From an uncultured Sphaerobacteraceae bacterium (GTDB lineage Bacteria > Chloroflexota > Chloroflexia > Thermomicrobiales > UBA6265): a DNA stretch of 61,687 nt. The DNA is taken from positions 81,906-143,592 of the forward strand of contig CAZSUN010000001.1 of NCBI GenBank assembly GCA_964610045.1. The letters run 5' to 3'. Position 1 is the first letter of the stretch; each line of letters begins with the position of its first letter. Below are positions 48,870-61,687 of the stretch, one piece after another. The position numbers were made by a program, and so were the translations under genes. Below the pieces are notes generated by a model. That model was not told the origin of the DNA. It worked only from the letters and a program-made list of their open reading frames with translations, and searched no databases.

Positions 48870-50654
48870 TCATCCGGATTCCTGATCTTCAGCCTCCCAA
48901 AGCGCTCGCATTTCCGGGCTTGTGGAAAGCAGGACATCGAGCCTTCCCTGGGCTTCTATGCGGCCATCCTTCATGACCACGATGTGGTCAGCCAGGGTGA
49001 GCGCGGCCCGCCGGTGGGACACGGCAAGACAGGTTGACAGGCGGCGATCGCGAATGCGAGTCCAGAGCAATTGCTCGGTTTCCACGTCCAGCGCGCTCGA
49101 CAGGTCGTCCATCACCAGCAGTTCGGGTTGACGAACGAGCATCCTGGCGGCAGCCGTTCGTTGCATCTGCCCGCCAGAGAGCCTGATACCACGGCTACCG
49201 ACGGCAGTGTCCAGTCCGTCCGGGAACGTCGCGATGTCTGGTTCGAGTATTGCGTCGTGGATCACTCGATCAAGGACTTCGGTGTCCGCTGTCAGGCCAA
49301 GCAGGAGGTTGTCGCGGATCGATTCACTGAACAGGCGGGGTGTCTGCGGTGTGTACGCCACCCGGGGAGGAACCATGAATTCCGCGGGATCGGCAACGAC
49401 CTCGCCATTCCACCGGATCTCGCCGGCATCGAGTGGCAGAAGACCAAGGATGGCGCGCAGGAGGGTCGTCTTCCCGGCGCCAACCCGGCCAGTCACGACC
49501 GTCAGGGAGCCAGCGGACAGCGACAGGTCGATGTCCTCGATCGCGTGACCGCTGCCTGGGTGACGGCAGGAAACACCGAGCATCTGCATGGATTCAAGAC
49601 GGTCGGATTCAGCCCGCACAGAAGTTGTAACCGGTGGTAAGGGACCGGTGAGGTGGAGGGATGCGGGCGCGACGAGCGATTCCGGCGGCGCGCCGCCAAG
49701 CATGTCATGCATTCGCTCGAAGGCGGTCTTCGACTGCCGGTATTGCGCGAGATACTGTCCAAGGCTGTTGGTGAAGTTGGTGATGTGACCCATATAGGCG
49801 GTAAACAGGACGAACTCGCCAATCGTCAACCGCCCGTCGTGGATGCTGACGGCGGCCAGCAGCATCACCAGGCCCGCGCCGATGCCGACGAGGTTGGAGG
49901 TGACGCCGTTGTAGGCCTGGGTCATCACCCGGTCTGCAAGGACGGCGTTCCGCCGATCCGCGTTCAGGCTGCGTAGGTGATCGACCGCGCGGCCTTCCGC
50001 CCCGGCCGCCTGGAGGATGACCGCAGCCCCGAGGAGGTCGCCGATCGCACCGGTCACCTGACTGGTTGCCTCGCTGCTGGCTTTTCGGTAGCGATCGAGG
50101 GCGGATCGAGCCCGCCGCGCGAGAAGGACGACGATCGCCAGCGGGACCACCACCGAAAGCGTAATCACGGCATCGATCCGGACCAGAATGACGACCGCCC
50201 CGAGGGCGATCAGTCCCTGGGGAATGATCTCGTCCGTCCAGTCGAGCGTGTCTTCTCCGATGTATGCGTCGTCGCGGAAACGGCTGATCGCCTCACCAAC
50301 GGAGAATGGCAGCGCGGCCGCTCCAGGCAACCGCAGGATGCGTTGCAGCATGTTCTGTCGCAGCAGCCCACTCATCGTGAACCGCATCGTAATCTCGGCG
50401 TAGCCGGCGGCGATCACCAATAGCGCATCGATCACAGCCAGTGCGATGCGAGCCACCACGAGCATGCCGATACCCCTGGTGACGGCAGCTTCGCCAGTGA
50501 GGGTGTCGAAGAAGCGCTGGGCGATCAGCCCGGGCGCGAGCGACAGGAGGCTGGAGGCTGCCCACAGGACCCCGTGGGCGAGGCAAATCCAGGGGGCGAA
50601 CCGAATCATCCGGAGGAGATAGCGCCAGGTTGGGAATGGTGACTGCCCGCTCAT
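48870..50654 (-). CDS. ABC exporter, fused TMD-NBD half transporter (degenerate-site partner)
   Basis: Walker [12 protein letters not shown] and signature LSGGQMQR. Walker B reads LLVMDDLSS, with Asp in place of the catalytic Glu. Confidence 0.9.
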   Translation of the reverse strand: MSGQSPFPTWRYLLRMIRFAPWICLAHGVLWAASSLLSLAPGLIAQRFFDTLTGEAAVTRGIGMLVVARIALAVIDALLVIAAGYAEITMRFTMSGLLRQNMLQRILRLPGAAALPFSVGEAISRFRDDAYIGEDTLDWTDEIIPQGLIALGAVVILVRIDAVITLSVVVPLAIVVLLARRARSALDRYRKASSEATSQVTGAIGDLLGAAVILQAAGAEGRAVDHLRSLNADRRNAVLADRVMTQAYNGVTSNLVGIGAGLVMLLAAVSIHDGRLTIGEFVLFTAYMGHITNFTNSLGQYLAQYRQSKTAFERMHDMLGGAPPESLVAPASLHLTGPLPPVTTSVRAESDRLESMQMLGVSCRHPGSGHAIEDIDLSLSAGSLTVVTGRVGAGKTTLLRAILGLLPLDAGEIRWNGEVVADPAEFMVPPRVAYTPQTPRLFSESIRDNLLLGLTADTEVLDRVIHDAILEPDIATFPDGLDTAVGSRGIRLSGGQMQRTAAARMLVRQPELLVMDDLSSALDVETEQLLWTRIRDRRLSTCLAVSHRRAALTLADHIVVMKDGRIEAQGRLDVLLSTSPEMRALWEAEDQESG

Positions 50655-52405
50655 GCCAGTGTCCTCCCGGGTTCCAGACTCAGGAGGCGGCCGTAGGTTG
50701 ATTGGGGGTCGGCGGCGAGCGCTGCTCGTGGCCCAAACTCCTGGATCCTGCCATCGCGCATGACCAGGATGTCATCCGCGTGGGACAGGGTCGATAGCCG
50801 GTGGGCGACGATGATGCCGGTGCGGTGCGCAAGGAGCCGCGTGAAGGCGCGGTGGAGGAGTCGCTCACTGACTGGATCGAGCCGGGATGATGCTTCATCG
50901 AGGATCACCACATCGGCATCGGCGAGCAGGATGCGGGCGCAGGCAAGCAACTGGGCCTGTCCGGCGGAGAGCCCGGCGCCACCGGGACCGATCCGTGTGG
51001 TCAGTCCCTCGGGTTGTTCGCGGAACCACTCGCCGAGCCCGACATCGTTCAGGGCAGCGACGATTTCCGGGTCCGAAATGCCGTCGTCGAACAGGGTGAG
51101 GTTGTCACGGATGCTGGCGCCAAACAGGCTGACATCCTGCGTGACGAGACCGATGCGGGAGCGAAGGCCGTCGAGGCTGACATCGCGGATATCCACCTCC
51201 CCAAGGCATACCCGGCCGGCCTGCGGATCGTGAAACCGCGGAATGAGGCGAATCAGTGAGGTTTTCCCGCTGCCGGTTCGTCCGAGGATGCCAAGGACAC
51301 GCCCCGGCGCGATGCGAAGGTTAATTTCGTTCAGGACAGGAGGTCCATCGCCGTAGGCGAACGACACCCGGTCGAACGAGACCGACAGCGGCCCGTCTGG
51401 CAAGTCCAGGTTCGGTCCGTCCACGATGCCCGATTCCGTATCCAGAAGGGTCTGGATCCTGCCAAGGCTGGCTCCCGCTACCTGGAAGTCCTGGACCTCG
51501 TTGCGCAACTGCTCGGTGGGTTCGCGCAGCATGGCGGTATAGCGAACGACCAGGTACACCGCGCCGAGGCTGATTGCACCGTCCCTGAAGAGCCATGCCG
51601 AGCAGGCAAATGCGAATGCTGTCGCCAGGCCGAACAAAAGGTCACTCGTGGCGACAAGGGCATACCCGCGCATCTGGGCACGCCGGATGGAGTCCAGCCA
51701 GGATCGCATCGATTGCGCGCACCGTCGGAGGACGAACGGTATCGCGCCATTCGCGCGGATGTCTTCGAGTCCTCCGAGGTATTCGCCAAGGAAACCATAG
51801 AAATCCGCGCTTCCCTGGCGCTCGGCAGCCCATTGGTGCGTCGAGGTCGCCCGGATACGAAGCATGGCGAGAAGTGCTGTCACGGCGAACGCAGACAACC
51901 CGAGACCGAGTCGCCAGTCGACCTGGACGAGGAGTACGAGGACGCAGGCCATCAGGAGCAGGTTGCCAACCACGCTGATGACGAACCGCGAGAAGAACCG
52001 GGCCAGCATGGCGACGTCGCCATCGACGCGTTCGATCAGCTCGCCCTGGGTGCGGCTCGTGTGAAAGCTTGCGTCGAGGCGCAGCAGGTGCCCGAGGAGG
52101 TCGGACCGGAGTTCGTTGGTGGCGTCCCAGCTCACGCGCTCCGCGAACCAGGTTTCGACGAGTGCCAGCCCCTGCCCGGCAATGGCGAGGGCGATGGTGA
52201 CCAGCGCAAGCATGACGAGTTGCCGGAGCGTGCCGTCGCCCACGGCCTCATCGATGAAGCGGCCGGCGATGAGCGGCGTGGCGATCTGAATACCAATGAT
52301 TGCCGCGACGATCAGCGCGAGCGCGACGATCGACCATCGGTGGGGAGCGAGATACCGGGAAAGAAACCGTGAGGAGCGGCTGGGTGCGGGGTGAGTGCGT
52401 GTCAC
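50651..52405 (-). CDS. ABC exporter, fused TMD-NBD half transporter (consensus-site partner)
   Basis: Walker [11 protein letters not shown], signature LSAGQAQLL and Walker [13 protein letters not shown] at 52405 is preceded by GGAGG. 4-nt overlap with the downstream partner. Confidence 0.85.
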   Translation of the reverse strand: MTRTHPAPSRSSRFLSRYLAPHRWSIVALALIVAAIIGIQIATPLIAGRFIDEAVGDGTLRQLVMLALVTIALAIAGQGLALVETWFAERVSWDATNELRSDLLGHLLRLDASFHTSRTQGELIERVDGDVAMLARFFSRFVISVVGNLLLMACVLVLLVQVDWRLGLGLSAFAVTALLAMLRIRATSTHQWAAERQGSADFYGFLGEYLGGLEDIRANGAIPFVLRRCAQSMRSWLDSIRRAQMRGYALVATSDLLFGLATAFAFACSAWLFRDGAISLGAVYLVVRYTAMLREPTEQLRNEVQDFQVAGASLGRIQTLLDTESGIVDGPNLDLPDGPLSVSFDRVSFAYGDGPPVLNEINLRIAPGRVLGILGRTGSGKTSLIRLIPRFHDPQAGRVCLGEVDIRDVSLDGLRSRIGLVTQDVSLFGASIRDNLTLFDDGISDPEIVAALNDVGLGEWFREQPEGLTTRIGPGGAGLSAGQAQLLACARILLADADVVILDEASSRLDPVSERLLHRAFTRLLAHRTGIIVAHRLSTLSHADDILVMRDGRIQEFGPRAALAADPQSTYGRLLSLEPGRTLA

Positions 52406-52774
52406 CTGATTGGGCCTCCGAAGACAGGACAACAACACGTTCCCGCACCGGAAGGCGGTACGGGATGTTCTCGTGCGCTGATCGGAGGTCCCCGGTCGTG
52501 GTCGTTGCCACGTCCGGCAGCATGCAGTGCCTAGTGGAAGGTGCCTGGCTCGATCGTCCGGTCGGCGCGGTGGGACGTTGCGGCAGTCATCGGAGCAAGC
52601 CTCCAGTCGAAACCACGGTGCTGGTTTCTGAGAATCCAGTAATGACAGCGCCAACCCTACACACCATGCGAGGGGGTGTCAAACCGCTGCAGCGATGACA
52701 CGCCCCTGGTATGAGGCCTTTCCTTTCCCCAGGACGAGATGGTAGCGTGATGTGTATCGACGAACCCATGGAGG

Positions 52775-54844
52775 ATGGCCCAATTGATCGACAGTCCCAC
52801 CTACCCGGATCGAAATGCGACCCACGATGAGTGGCAGTGGCTCGAAGACATCTACGGCCCGCAACAGCTTGCCTGGGTGGATGCCCAGAATGACAGGACG
52901 GTCCAGGCATTCGATGCAGCCTCATTCGACTACCTGCGCGCGAGAATTCTCGAAGTGCTCGATTCCAGTGACCGGATACCAGCCGTAAGCCGTCACGGAG
53001 ACTGGCTCTACAACCTGTGGAAGGATGCGGACCACCCGCGTGGGCTGTGGCGGCGGACAACGCTTGACAGCTACCGGACCGACGATCCGGATTGGGATGT
53101 CCTGCTCGATGTTGATGCCCTGGGACGCTCCGAGGGCGCCGAGCTCGTGTTCGTGGGTGCCGACCTTCTCTACCCGGAGTATGACCGGGCATTGGTCTTC
53201 ATTTCGCCCGATGGCGGCGATGCCTTCGAGGTCCGGGAGTTCGACCTGCTGTCCAGGACTTTCCTGGATGATGGATTCCGGGTCCCCAGCGCCAAGACCG
53301 GTGCATCCTGGGGCGATCGGGATACCGTGCTGATTTCCACCGACTTCGGCGATGGCACGATGACGACGTCCAGCTATCCCCGGCAGGTTCGTCGCTGGCG
53401 ACGTGGAGAACCGCTGCTGGACGCGACACTGGTTCATGAAGTGCCCAGCGATCACATGGGAGTCTGGGCGACGCACGATCACACGGAAGGATACGAGCGT
53501 GACCTGATTGGCGATCGTGTCGATTTCTGGCGTGGGGAAAACCTGGTCGTACGTGGCGGTCAGCCGGAACGCATCGACGTACCAGTCGATGCCGAGATCG
53601 ACGTGCATCGCGATTGGCTTCTGGTGTCGCTGCGATCCTCCTGGGAGGTGGCAGGTAACACCTGGCCTGCCGGTGCGCTCCTGGCCACCCGGTTCGATGA
53701 GTTCCTCGCTGGTGGCAGGGATATGCAGGCGGTCTTCCTGCCCGACGAACGGACCTCGCTGGTGTCATTCAGCTGGACCCGCAACCAATTGTTGCTGACC
53801 CTCCTGCAGGATGTGGCGTCCCGGATCGAGATCGTCACACCAGAGGAGGACGCCTGGACGCGGCGGCCACTCGATGCTGTAGGTCGGTATCAGACCGTGC
53901 GAGCCGCCGGGACTGATCCGGATCTCGATGACTCTTTCTGGTTGTCGTCCGCCGGGTATACGCAGCCGGAGACGCTTTCAGTTGGCGATGCCCGGTCAGG
54001 CCAGATCGAAGCGCTCAAGCATGCCCCTGCGTTCTTCGCAGGCAGCGATTTCACCGTGGAGCAGTACTTCGCACGCTCCGAGGACGGCACCGCGGTCCCG
54101 TATTTCCTGGTCGCGCCGGTGGGGCTGACGCGAGACGGAAATACTCCGACTGTGCTTTACGGGTATGGGGGATTCGAAATCTCCATGACTCCCGGGTACA
54201 GCGGGGTGATCGGCCGGGCATGGCTGGAGGCAGGTGGGGTTTACGTTGTCGCGAACATCCGGGGCGGCGGCGAGTACGGTCCTGCCTGGCACCAGGCTGC
54301 GTTGCGAGAGAACCGGTTGCGCGCGTACGAGGACTTCGCGGCTGTCGCACGCGATCTTGTCGCGCGTGGAGTCACGTCAACGAAGCGACTCGGCTGCGTC
54401 GGTGGCAGCAACGGCGGCCTTCTGGTGGGCAACATGCTGACCCGGTCCCCCGAGCTGTTTGGGGCTGTCGTTTGCGAGGTACCGCTGCTGGACATGAAGC
54501 GGTATACGAAGCTCTCGGCCGGAGCTTCCTGGATCGCGGAATACGGGGACCCCGATAATCCTGACGACTGGGAGTTCATCCAGGAGTTTTCGCCGTACCA
54601 CAACTTGCGGGACGGAATCGGTTACCCGCCGGTGCTGTTCTACACAGCGACCAGTGATGACAGGGTTGGACCGGTCCAGGCGAGGAAGATGGCAGCCCGG
54701 ATGCAGGCACGTGGAATCCCGGACGTGCTGTTCTACGAGAACCGTGAAGGCGGACACGGTGGCGCGGCTGACAACGCGCAACGCGCGCACATGGAGGCGA
54801 TGGCGTACGAGTTCTTCCTCAAGCACCTGATGACTGGCGACTGA
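52775..54844 (+). CDS. prolyl oligopeptidase family serine peptidase (S9)
   Basis: N-terminal propeller region and a C-terminal alpha/beta-hydrolase with the GGSNGGLL nucleophile elbow. The later D and H (EGGHGG) are also present. Confidence 0.85.
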   Translation: MAQLIDSPTYPDRNATHDEWQWLEDIYGPQQLAWVDAQNDRTVQAFDAASFDYLRARILEVLDSSDRIPAVSRHGDWLYNLWKDADHPRGLWRRTTLDSYRTDDPDWDVLLDVDALGRSEGAELVFVGADLLYPEYDRALVFISPDGGDAFEVREFDLLSRTFLDDGFRVPSAKTGASWGDRDTVLISTDFGDGTMTTSSYPRQVRRWRRGEPLLDATLVHEVPSDHMGVWATHDHTEGYERDLIGDRVDFWRGENLVVRGGQPERIDVPVDAEIDVHRDWLLVSLRSSWEVAGNTWPAGALLATRFDEFLAGGRDMQAVFLPDERTSLVSFSWTRNQLLLTLLQDVASRIEIVTPEEDAWTRRPLDAVGRYQTVRAAGTDPDLDDSFWLSSAGYTQPETLSVGDARSGQIEALKHAPAFFAGSDFTVEQYFARSEDGTAVPYFLVAPVGLTRDGNTPTVLYGYGGFEISMTPGYSGVIGRAWLEAGGVYVVANIRGGGEYGPAWHQAALRENRLRAYEDFAAVARDLVARGVTSTKRLGCVGGSNGGLLVGNMLTRSPELFGAVVCEVPLLDMKRYTKLSAGASWIAEYGDPDNPDDWEFIQEFSPYHNLRDGIGYPPVLFYTATSDDRVGPVQARKMAARMQARGIPDVLFYENREGGHGGAADNAQRAHMEAMAYEFFLKHLMTGD

Positions 54845-54952
54845 GAGCGGAGTTCACTGCCTGACCGCACGCGATGACAATCGGGCATCGGGCCGGATGC
54901 GTGCGCCCGTACCGTTCCCGGAATCCACCGGATATACCGAAAGCAGCGATCG

Positions 54953-56896
54953 ATGACCGAAAAACCTGCGGTATTGCGGAAACCCGCGTTTGTTTCCTTG
55001 CCTCTTGGCGCCATCATCCCTGCCGGGTGGTTGCGTGACCAATTACGGACGCAGGCGGACGGCCTGACCGGTCACCTCGATGAGTTTTGGCCGGATGTGG
55101 CCGACAGTGGCTGGCGCGGCGGCAGCGCCGAAGGTTGGGAGCGGGCACCCTACTGGCTCGATGGCCTGGTGCCGATCGCGTTCCTGCTCGATGACGAACG
55201 GTTGAAGGCAAAGGCCACCGGATGGATCGATGCGATCCTCGAACGCCAGCAGGAGGATGGCTGGTTCGGGGATGTTTATGACCGCCAGGTGGGCGATCCG
55301 GCCAGGGTCCGGCCGGGTGGTTCGGCGTACAACGCCATCGCCTACGATCCGTGGCCCCGGTTCATCCTGCTCAAGGTGCTGATCCAGTACCACGAGGCAA
55401 CCGGCGATTTCCGGATCCTGCCCGCGATCCTGCGGTTCATGCGGCGGCTGGACGCCGTGCTGGAGACGAGCGTGCTGCGGTCGTGGGCGCGCTTTCGCTG
55501 GGCCGATCTGGTGGTCGCCTGCCATTGGCTGTACGACCAGACGGGAGAAGCCTGGCTGCTCGACCTGGCTGCCAGGGCGCACGATCAGGGGTTTGATTGG
55601 CGCCGCCATTTCGAGCGATTCCCGTTTCACGAGAAGTTGACGGGATCGGAATGCGATCTCAGCAGCCACGGCCCCAACAATGCGATGGGGATCAAGGCGG
55701 GTGGTGTCTGGTTCCGCCAATCGGGCGACGACGGCGATCGACTTGCGACGTATCACGCAATCTCCGAACTCGACCGCTATCATGGCCAGGCGACCGGGAT
55801 GTTCTCGTGCGACGAGCATCTCGCCGGCCGCAGCCCGTCACAGGGCAGTGAACTCTGTGCTGTCGTTGAGTACATGTACTCGCTGGAGGTGCTGGTATCG
55901 GTACTCGGCGACATCGACTTCGCCGACCTGCTGGAATCGCTGGCCTTCAATGCCTTGCCGGCGACGATCAGTCCCGACATGTGGACTCACCAGTACGACC
56001 AGCAGGTCAACCAGCCGTTCTGTAAGGCGGACATCGACCGGGTCTACACCACGAATGGCCCCGACGCGAATCTGTTCGGCCTGGAGCCCCACTTCGGTTG
56101 CTGCACCGCCAATATGCACCAGGGATGGCCAAAACTGGCGAGCAGCGCCTGGATGCGGTCGCCGGATGGCGGTCTGGCGGCGATCACCTACGTTCCCTGC
56201 GACATCCGGTGCGAGGTTGATGGCGCGCCCGTTCGGATCGTGGTCGAGACCGGGTACCCGTTCGAGGATCAGGTCCGGATCGCCATTACGTCCGAGGTGA
56301 ATATCCCGCTGTCGCTGCGGATTCCGGCCTGGGCGACCTCGGCCACGGTTTCGGTCGGAGACGGCGCGGCACAGGCCGTCCCGGCCGGACGTTTCCACAT
56401 ATTGAGTGTCGAGGGCGGTTCATCCATCGTGCTGGACTTCAACCCCGCATTCCGGATCGTTCCCCGGGACCGAGGTGCGGTGGCGATCCGGCGTGGTCCG
56501 TTGCTCTACGGTCTCAGGATCGATGAATCCTGGCGGATGGTCGTCGAACGGGACACGGTCAGCGACTTCGAGATTGACCCGTTGAGCGCCTGGAACTACG
56601 CCCTCGCGATCGATCCGGACGATCCGGACGCCGGGCTCGACCTGACCGTTGGTTCAATGGGTGAGCGGCCATTCTCGCCGGATGGCTCCCCGCATCAGGT
56701 GACGGCTCAGGCGGTGAAGGTGGCCGAGTGGGGAGTCGCGCATAACGCGGCTGGTCCGGTGCCGATGAGCCCGGTCGACGCTGGCTTGGATGTGGAACGG
56801 GTGACCCTCATCCCGTACGGGTGCACCAACATCCGGATGGCGGAGTTCCCGTTGGTGTCACATGGAAACTGGGTGAGCAGTCGAAATTCGTCGTAG
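54953..56896 (+). CDS. GH127-like glycoside hydrolase (DUF1680, beta-L-arabinofuranosidase family)
   Basis: Family-typical N-terminus (GWLRDQLRTQADGL) and Cys-rich catalytic region HFGCCTANMHQGWPK. Confidence 0.7.
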   Translation: MTEKPAVLRKPAFVSLPLGAIIPAGWLRDQLRTQADGLTGHLDEFWPDVADSGWRGGSAEGWERAPYWLDGLVPIAFLLDDERLKAKATGWIDAILERQQEDGWFGDVYDRQVGDPARVRPGGSAYNAIAYDPWPRFILLKVLIQYHEATGDFRILPAILRFMRRLDAVLETSVLRSWARFRWADLVVACHWLYDQTGEAWLLDLAARAHDQGFDWRRHFERFPFHEKLTGSECDLSSHGPNNAMGIKAGGVWFRQSGDDGDRLATYHAISELDRYHGQATGMFSCDEHLAGRSPSQGSELCAVVEYMYSLEVLVSVLGDIDFADLLESLAFNALPATISPDMWTHQYDQQVNQPFCKADIDRVYTTNGPDANLFGLEPHFGCCTANMHQGWPKLASSAWMRSPDGGLAAITYVPCDIRCEVDGAPVRIVVETGYPFEDQVRIAITSEVNIPLSLRIPAWATSATVSVGDGAAQAVPAGRFHILSVEGGSSIVLDFNPAFRIVPRDRGAVAIRRGPLLYGLRIDESWRMVVERDTVSDFEIDPLSAWNYALAIDPDDPDAGLDLTVGSMGERPFSPDGSPHQVTAQAVKVAEWGVAHNAAGPVPMSPVDAGLDVERVTLIPYGCTNIRMAEFPLVSHGNWVSSRNSS

Positions 56897-56955
56897 AGGC
56901 GACCCTCCGTGGCTGCTCGTAGCGGTGGAATGTGTGGACCGCCGCTGCGACCGCA

Positions 56956-56983
56956 CCGCCCCGGCAGAAACCTGCCGGGGCGG
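56956..56983. terminator. bidirectional hairpin terminator between the GH127-like gene and lon
   Basis: Perfect 12-bp stem CCGCCCCGGCAG/CTGCCGGGGCGG with an AAAC loop. Confidence 0.6.
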
Positions 56984-57010
56984 ATACGCGACGTGGTTTG
57001 TTCCGGCAGT

Positions 57011-59824
<2,814 letters not shown>

Positions 59825-60239
59825 GGTGATGGAGTCTCGACTTTCCTGCTGTGGGGCGTGGATCGGCTGTACCGAAACGGCCAATGATGTTGGTGACAAA
59901 CTTGATCCGAAGACTGCCAGCGTGTGATCGTCAAGGTTGAACAATGAATAATGTGGTCGGGGTAAGTCCCGTCCTGTGCACGCTGCTCGGTCCTCGCGGG
60001 GATTCGCTACGATACCACACTACGGTACGCGGTAGCCGGACGAAAGTGTACCCGTCGTCGTCGCAACAGAACACTGCGCATCTGACCGGGTATACGCCTT
60101 TGCTACACTCCAGCGAGAGACGATTCGCGATCTTTCGGTGTTCCTGTAGTGAGTTGCTGCCGGATCGAGCGGTTGCGCTACCCGCGTTGCGATATGGGCA
60201 AGGCTGCCGATGGATTGACGGCAGGACAGTGACGATTCC

Positions 60240-60947
60240 GTGGCCATGTACGTCGATCAGGAGCAGATCAAGAGAATGAATGCGGGAGAGGGAGAAGTTT
60301 CCTCGGAGACGGAACGGCTGAGGGAAGCCCTGGCTGCGGCGAACGAACGCCTGGCGTTATACGAGGGGTTCGATCACCTGATCGAGGACCAGGTCAGGCG
60401 GACAGGGGAGGCCTTGCGAGAGGTTGTCGAACTGCGGGAACAGGCGGCGAATGGCATCGTATCCAGTCGACGAGCTCGCGTCGAGGCTGGACTCGTTTCG
60501 ATCTCGTCGGAAATCGGCCGAATATCCGCCTCGCTCGATGGCGTCTCGCATCAGGTGCAAGCGATGCTCGACGCTGTGAGGACAGATTTCGCCTCATCCG
60601 CCGTACCCGTGGCACCTGTGTCGACACCAGGTGATGGATCAGCGGTGCCGCAGGTGGGGTCGGCTACCGATCTCATCGTTCACGACGTGATCGATACATC
60701 GATGGCCGTGTCCATCCAGCGTCATGTCCTGGGACTCAGCGCGGTTGATTCGGCAGAAGTCCGTGAGTTTGCCGAGGGGGTGCTTCGCCTGCGATTGGCG
60801 CTCGATGCACCGCTGCATGCCTCGGATTTCGAGGGGTGGGAGATTATGCCGGGACTGCGCCCCCTTTACCTGTCGTCCGGGGTAATCGAACTGGTGGTTG
60901 GCGACGACACGACGGCTGCCAGTACGGGTACCAATTCCAGTGAATGA
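60240..60947 (+). CDS. hypothetical protein with N-terminal coiled coil
   Basis: 235-aa ORF with protein-like composition. Heptad-like ERLREALAAANERLALYEG...LREVVELREQ. No recognised family. Confidence 0.5.
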   Translation: MAMYVDQEQIKRMNAGEGEVSSETERLREALAAANERLALYEGFDHLIEDQVRRTGEALREVVELREQAANGIVSSRRARVEAGLVSISSEIGRISASLDGVSHQVQAMLDAVRTDFASSAVPVAPVSTPGDGSAVPQVGSATDLIVHDVIDTSMAVSIQRHVLGLSAVDSAEVREFAEGVLRLRLALDAPLHASDFEGWEIMPGLRPLYLSSGVIELVVGDDTTAASTGTNSSE

Positions 60948-61091
60948 TGGGGCATACTGATCGAACTTCCCGGAGTGCTGGGATTCGCACAAGAAATGAG
61001 TTCGAACGCGATTCGAGGGAGCAGGCAGGATGTTTGGCACTGCCTGTGGGGTCTGGCTCACGAACATGGACCGTGGGCTGCGGGAGGTAGC

Positions 61092-61687
61092 ATGCGACTC
61101 ACATCATCGAACCGGCACGGGGGCATCCTGCGCTGGCTGACCCTTCTTGTCCTGATCAGTGGGTCGCTCTCCTGGATGCCGGCGTTGGCGGGCGAGACGG
61201 ATGTGCCGGTCGCCACGACGATAACGTCGGTGGAGATCACCTGCCCCAGTGCATCGGCAACCGTGCCGGGGACCCTGATCGTCGTCACTCCTTCGGAAGG
61301 CGTTGTCGTCAACGTCGAGTTGCTGGCCGGCGACACGTCCGTCGACTCCGAGACGGTCACACTCGCCGCGGCGTCGACCTCCTACAGCCTGGAGTTTTCC
61401 CTCGAAGCCGGCGACATTGCGCTCGGATCGACGATCAAGGCAGTCGCGACGTTTGCCGGAGGCGGCACGTCGACCGAAAGCACCCCGCGCGCGATTGGAA
61501 GCTACCAGGGAACGACCGTGTGCGTTCCGGATGGTGGATTACCCGTTGCGCCGTCGCCAACCCCGTCGCCAGTGCCGAGCCCCACACCTTCGCCATCTCC
61601 GGTGCCCTCGCCAACCCCGGTACCTGGGCAGTCGCCGACGCCGACGAGTCCGACAACTGGTACGGGCACGGTCGTGAACACCGGCGG
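61092..61687 (+). CDS. secreted protein with Pro/Thr/Ser-rich linker (3' partial, runs off the window)
   Basis: Absent from the supplied track because it has no stop codon. ATG at 61092 follows GGGAGG. Signal peptide RWLTLLVLISGSLSWMPALAGE, then a beta-rich domain, then PSPTPSPVPSPTPSPSPVPSPTPVPGQSPTPTSP. No stop through 61687. Confidence 0.6.
   Translation, partial: MRLTSSNRHGGILRWLTLLVLISGSLSWMPALAGETDVPVATTITSVEITCPSASATVPGTLIVVTPSEGVVVNVELLAGDTSVDSETVTLAAASTSYSLEFSLEAGDIALGSTIKAVATFAGGGTSTESTPRAIGSYQGTTVCVPDGGLPVAPSPTPSPVPSPTPSPSPVPSPTPVPGQSPTPTSPTTGTGTVVNTG

Noticed and set aside
61520-61650. Repetitive CCG/TCG/CCA-rich DNA near the window end
   Set aside because: It encodes an in-frame Pro/Ser/Thr linker within the secreted protein. 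It is low-complexity coding sequence, not a tandem repeat element or a CRISPR-like array.

Overview
GC-rich, densely coding bacterial chromosomal segment with about 50 protein genes. I found no rRNA, tRNA, CRISPR array, transposase or integrase by eye. Content is mostly housekeeping. On the minus strand: rluB-cmk-plsC-kinase and a DD-carboxypeptidase, then a beta-lactamase-like / PQQ sugar dehydrogenase / enolase-superfamily dehydratase / metallophosphoesterase / HisC-like string. Next is a cell-wall block (mreB-mreC-murT-gatD, an Lrp regulator, class A PBP), followed by coxG-coxS-coxM without a large subunit and a DUF1269 gene. Two ABC importers follow: a sugar type (SBP plus 2 permeases) and a peptide/nickel type (2 tandem SBPs plus 2 permeases). 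Then comes a yceD-rpmF-fabH-fabG-accC-asp23-nusB-acpP string, then tatC, rqcH, gmk, def, priA, a rhodanese and a CynX-like MFS transporter. The last part holds a serine hydrolase, a heterodimeric ABC exporter, a prolyl oligopeptidase, a GH127-like hydrolase, lon, and two uncharacterised genes at the 3' edge. Gene order (accC-asp23-nusB, RqcH, MurT/GatD), frequent GTG/TTG starts and GGAGG-type RBSs suggest a Terrabacteria lineage, possibly Chloroflexota/Thermomicrobia-like; this is inference only. I did not find a convincing new multi-gene system (defence, secretion, RiPP or similar). The most unusual element is a roughly 0.8 kb ORF-free, helix-rich region between two convergent gene ends (21.1-21.9 kb), a candidate large structured ncRNA that I could not assign to any known class. 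Lesser oddities include a lysine-less HisC-like pseudoenzyme coupled to a phosphoesterase, an expanded NusB and an N-terminally extended Lon. Others are orphan coxGSM, ABC importers lacking ATPase genes, and several strong hairpins and palindromes. Many long ORFs in the supplied track are antisense artefacts of high GC and were rejected.
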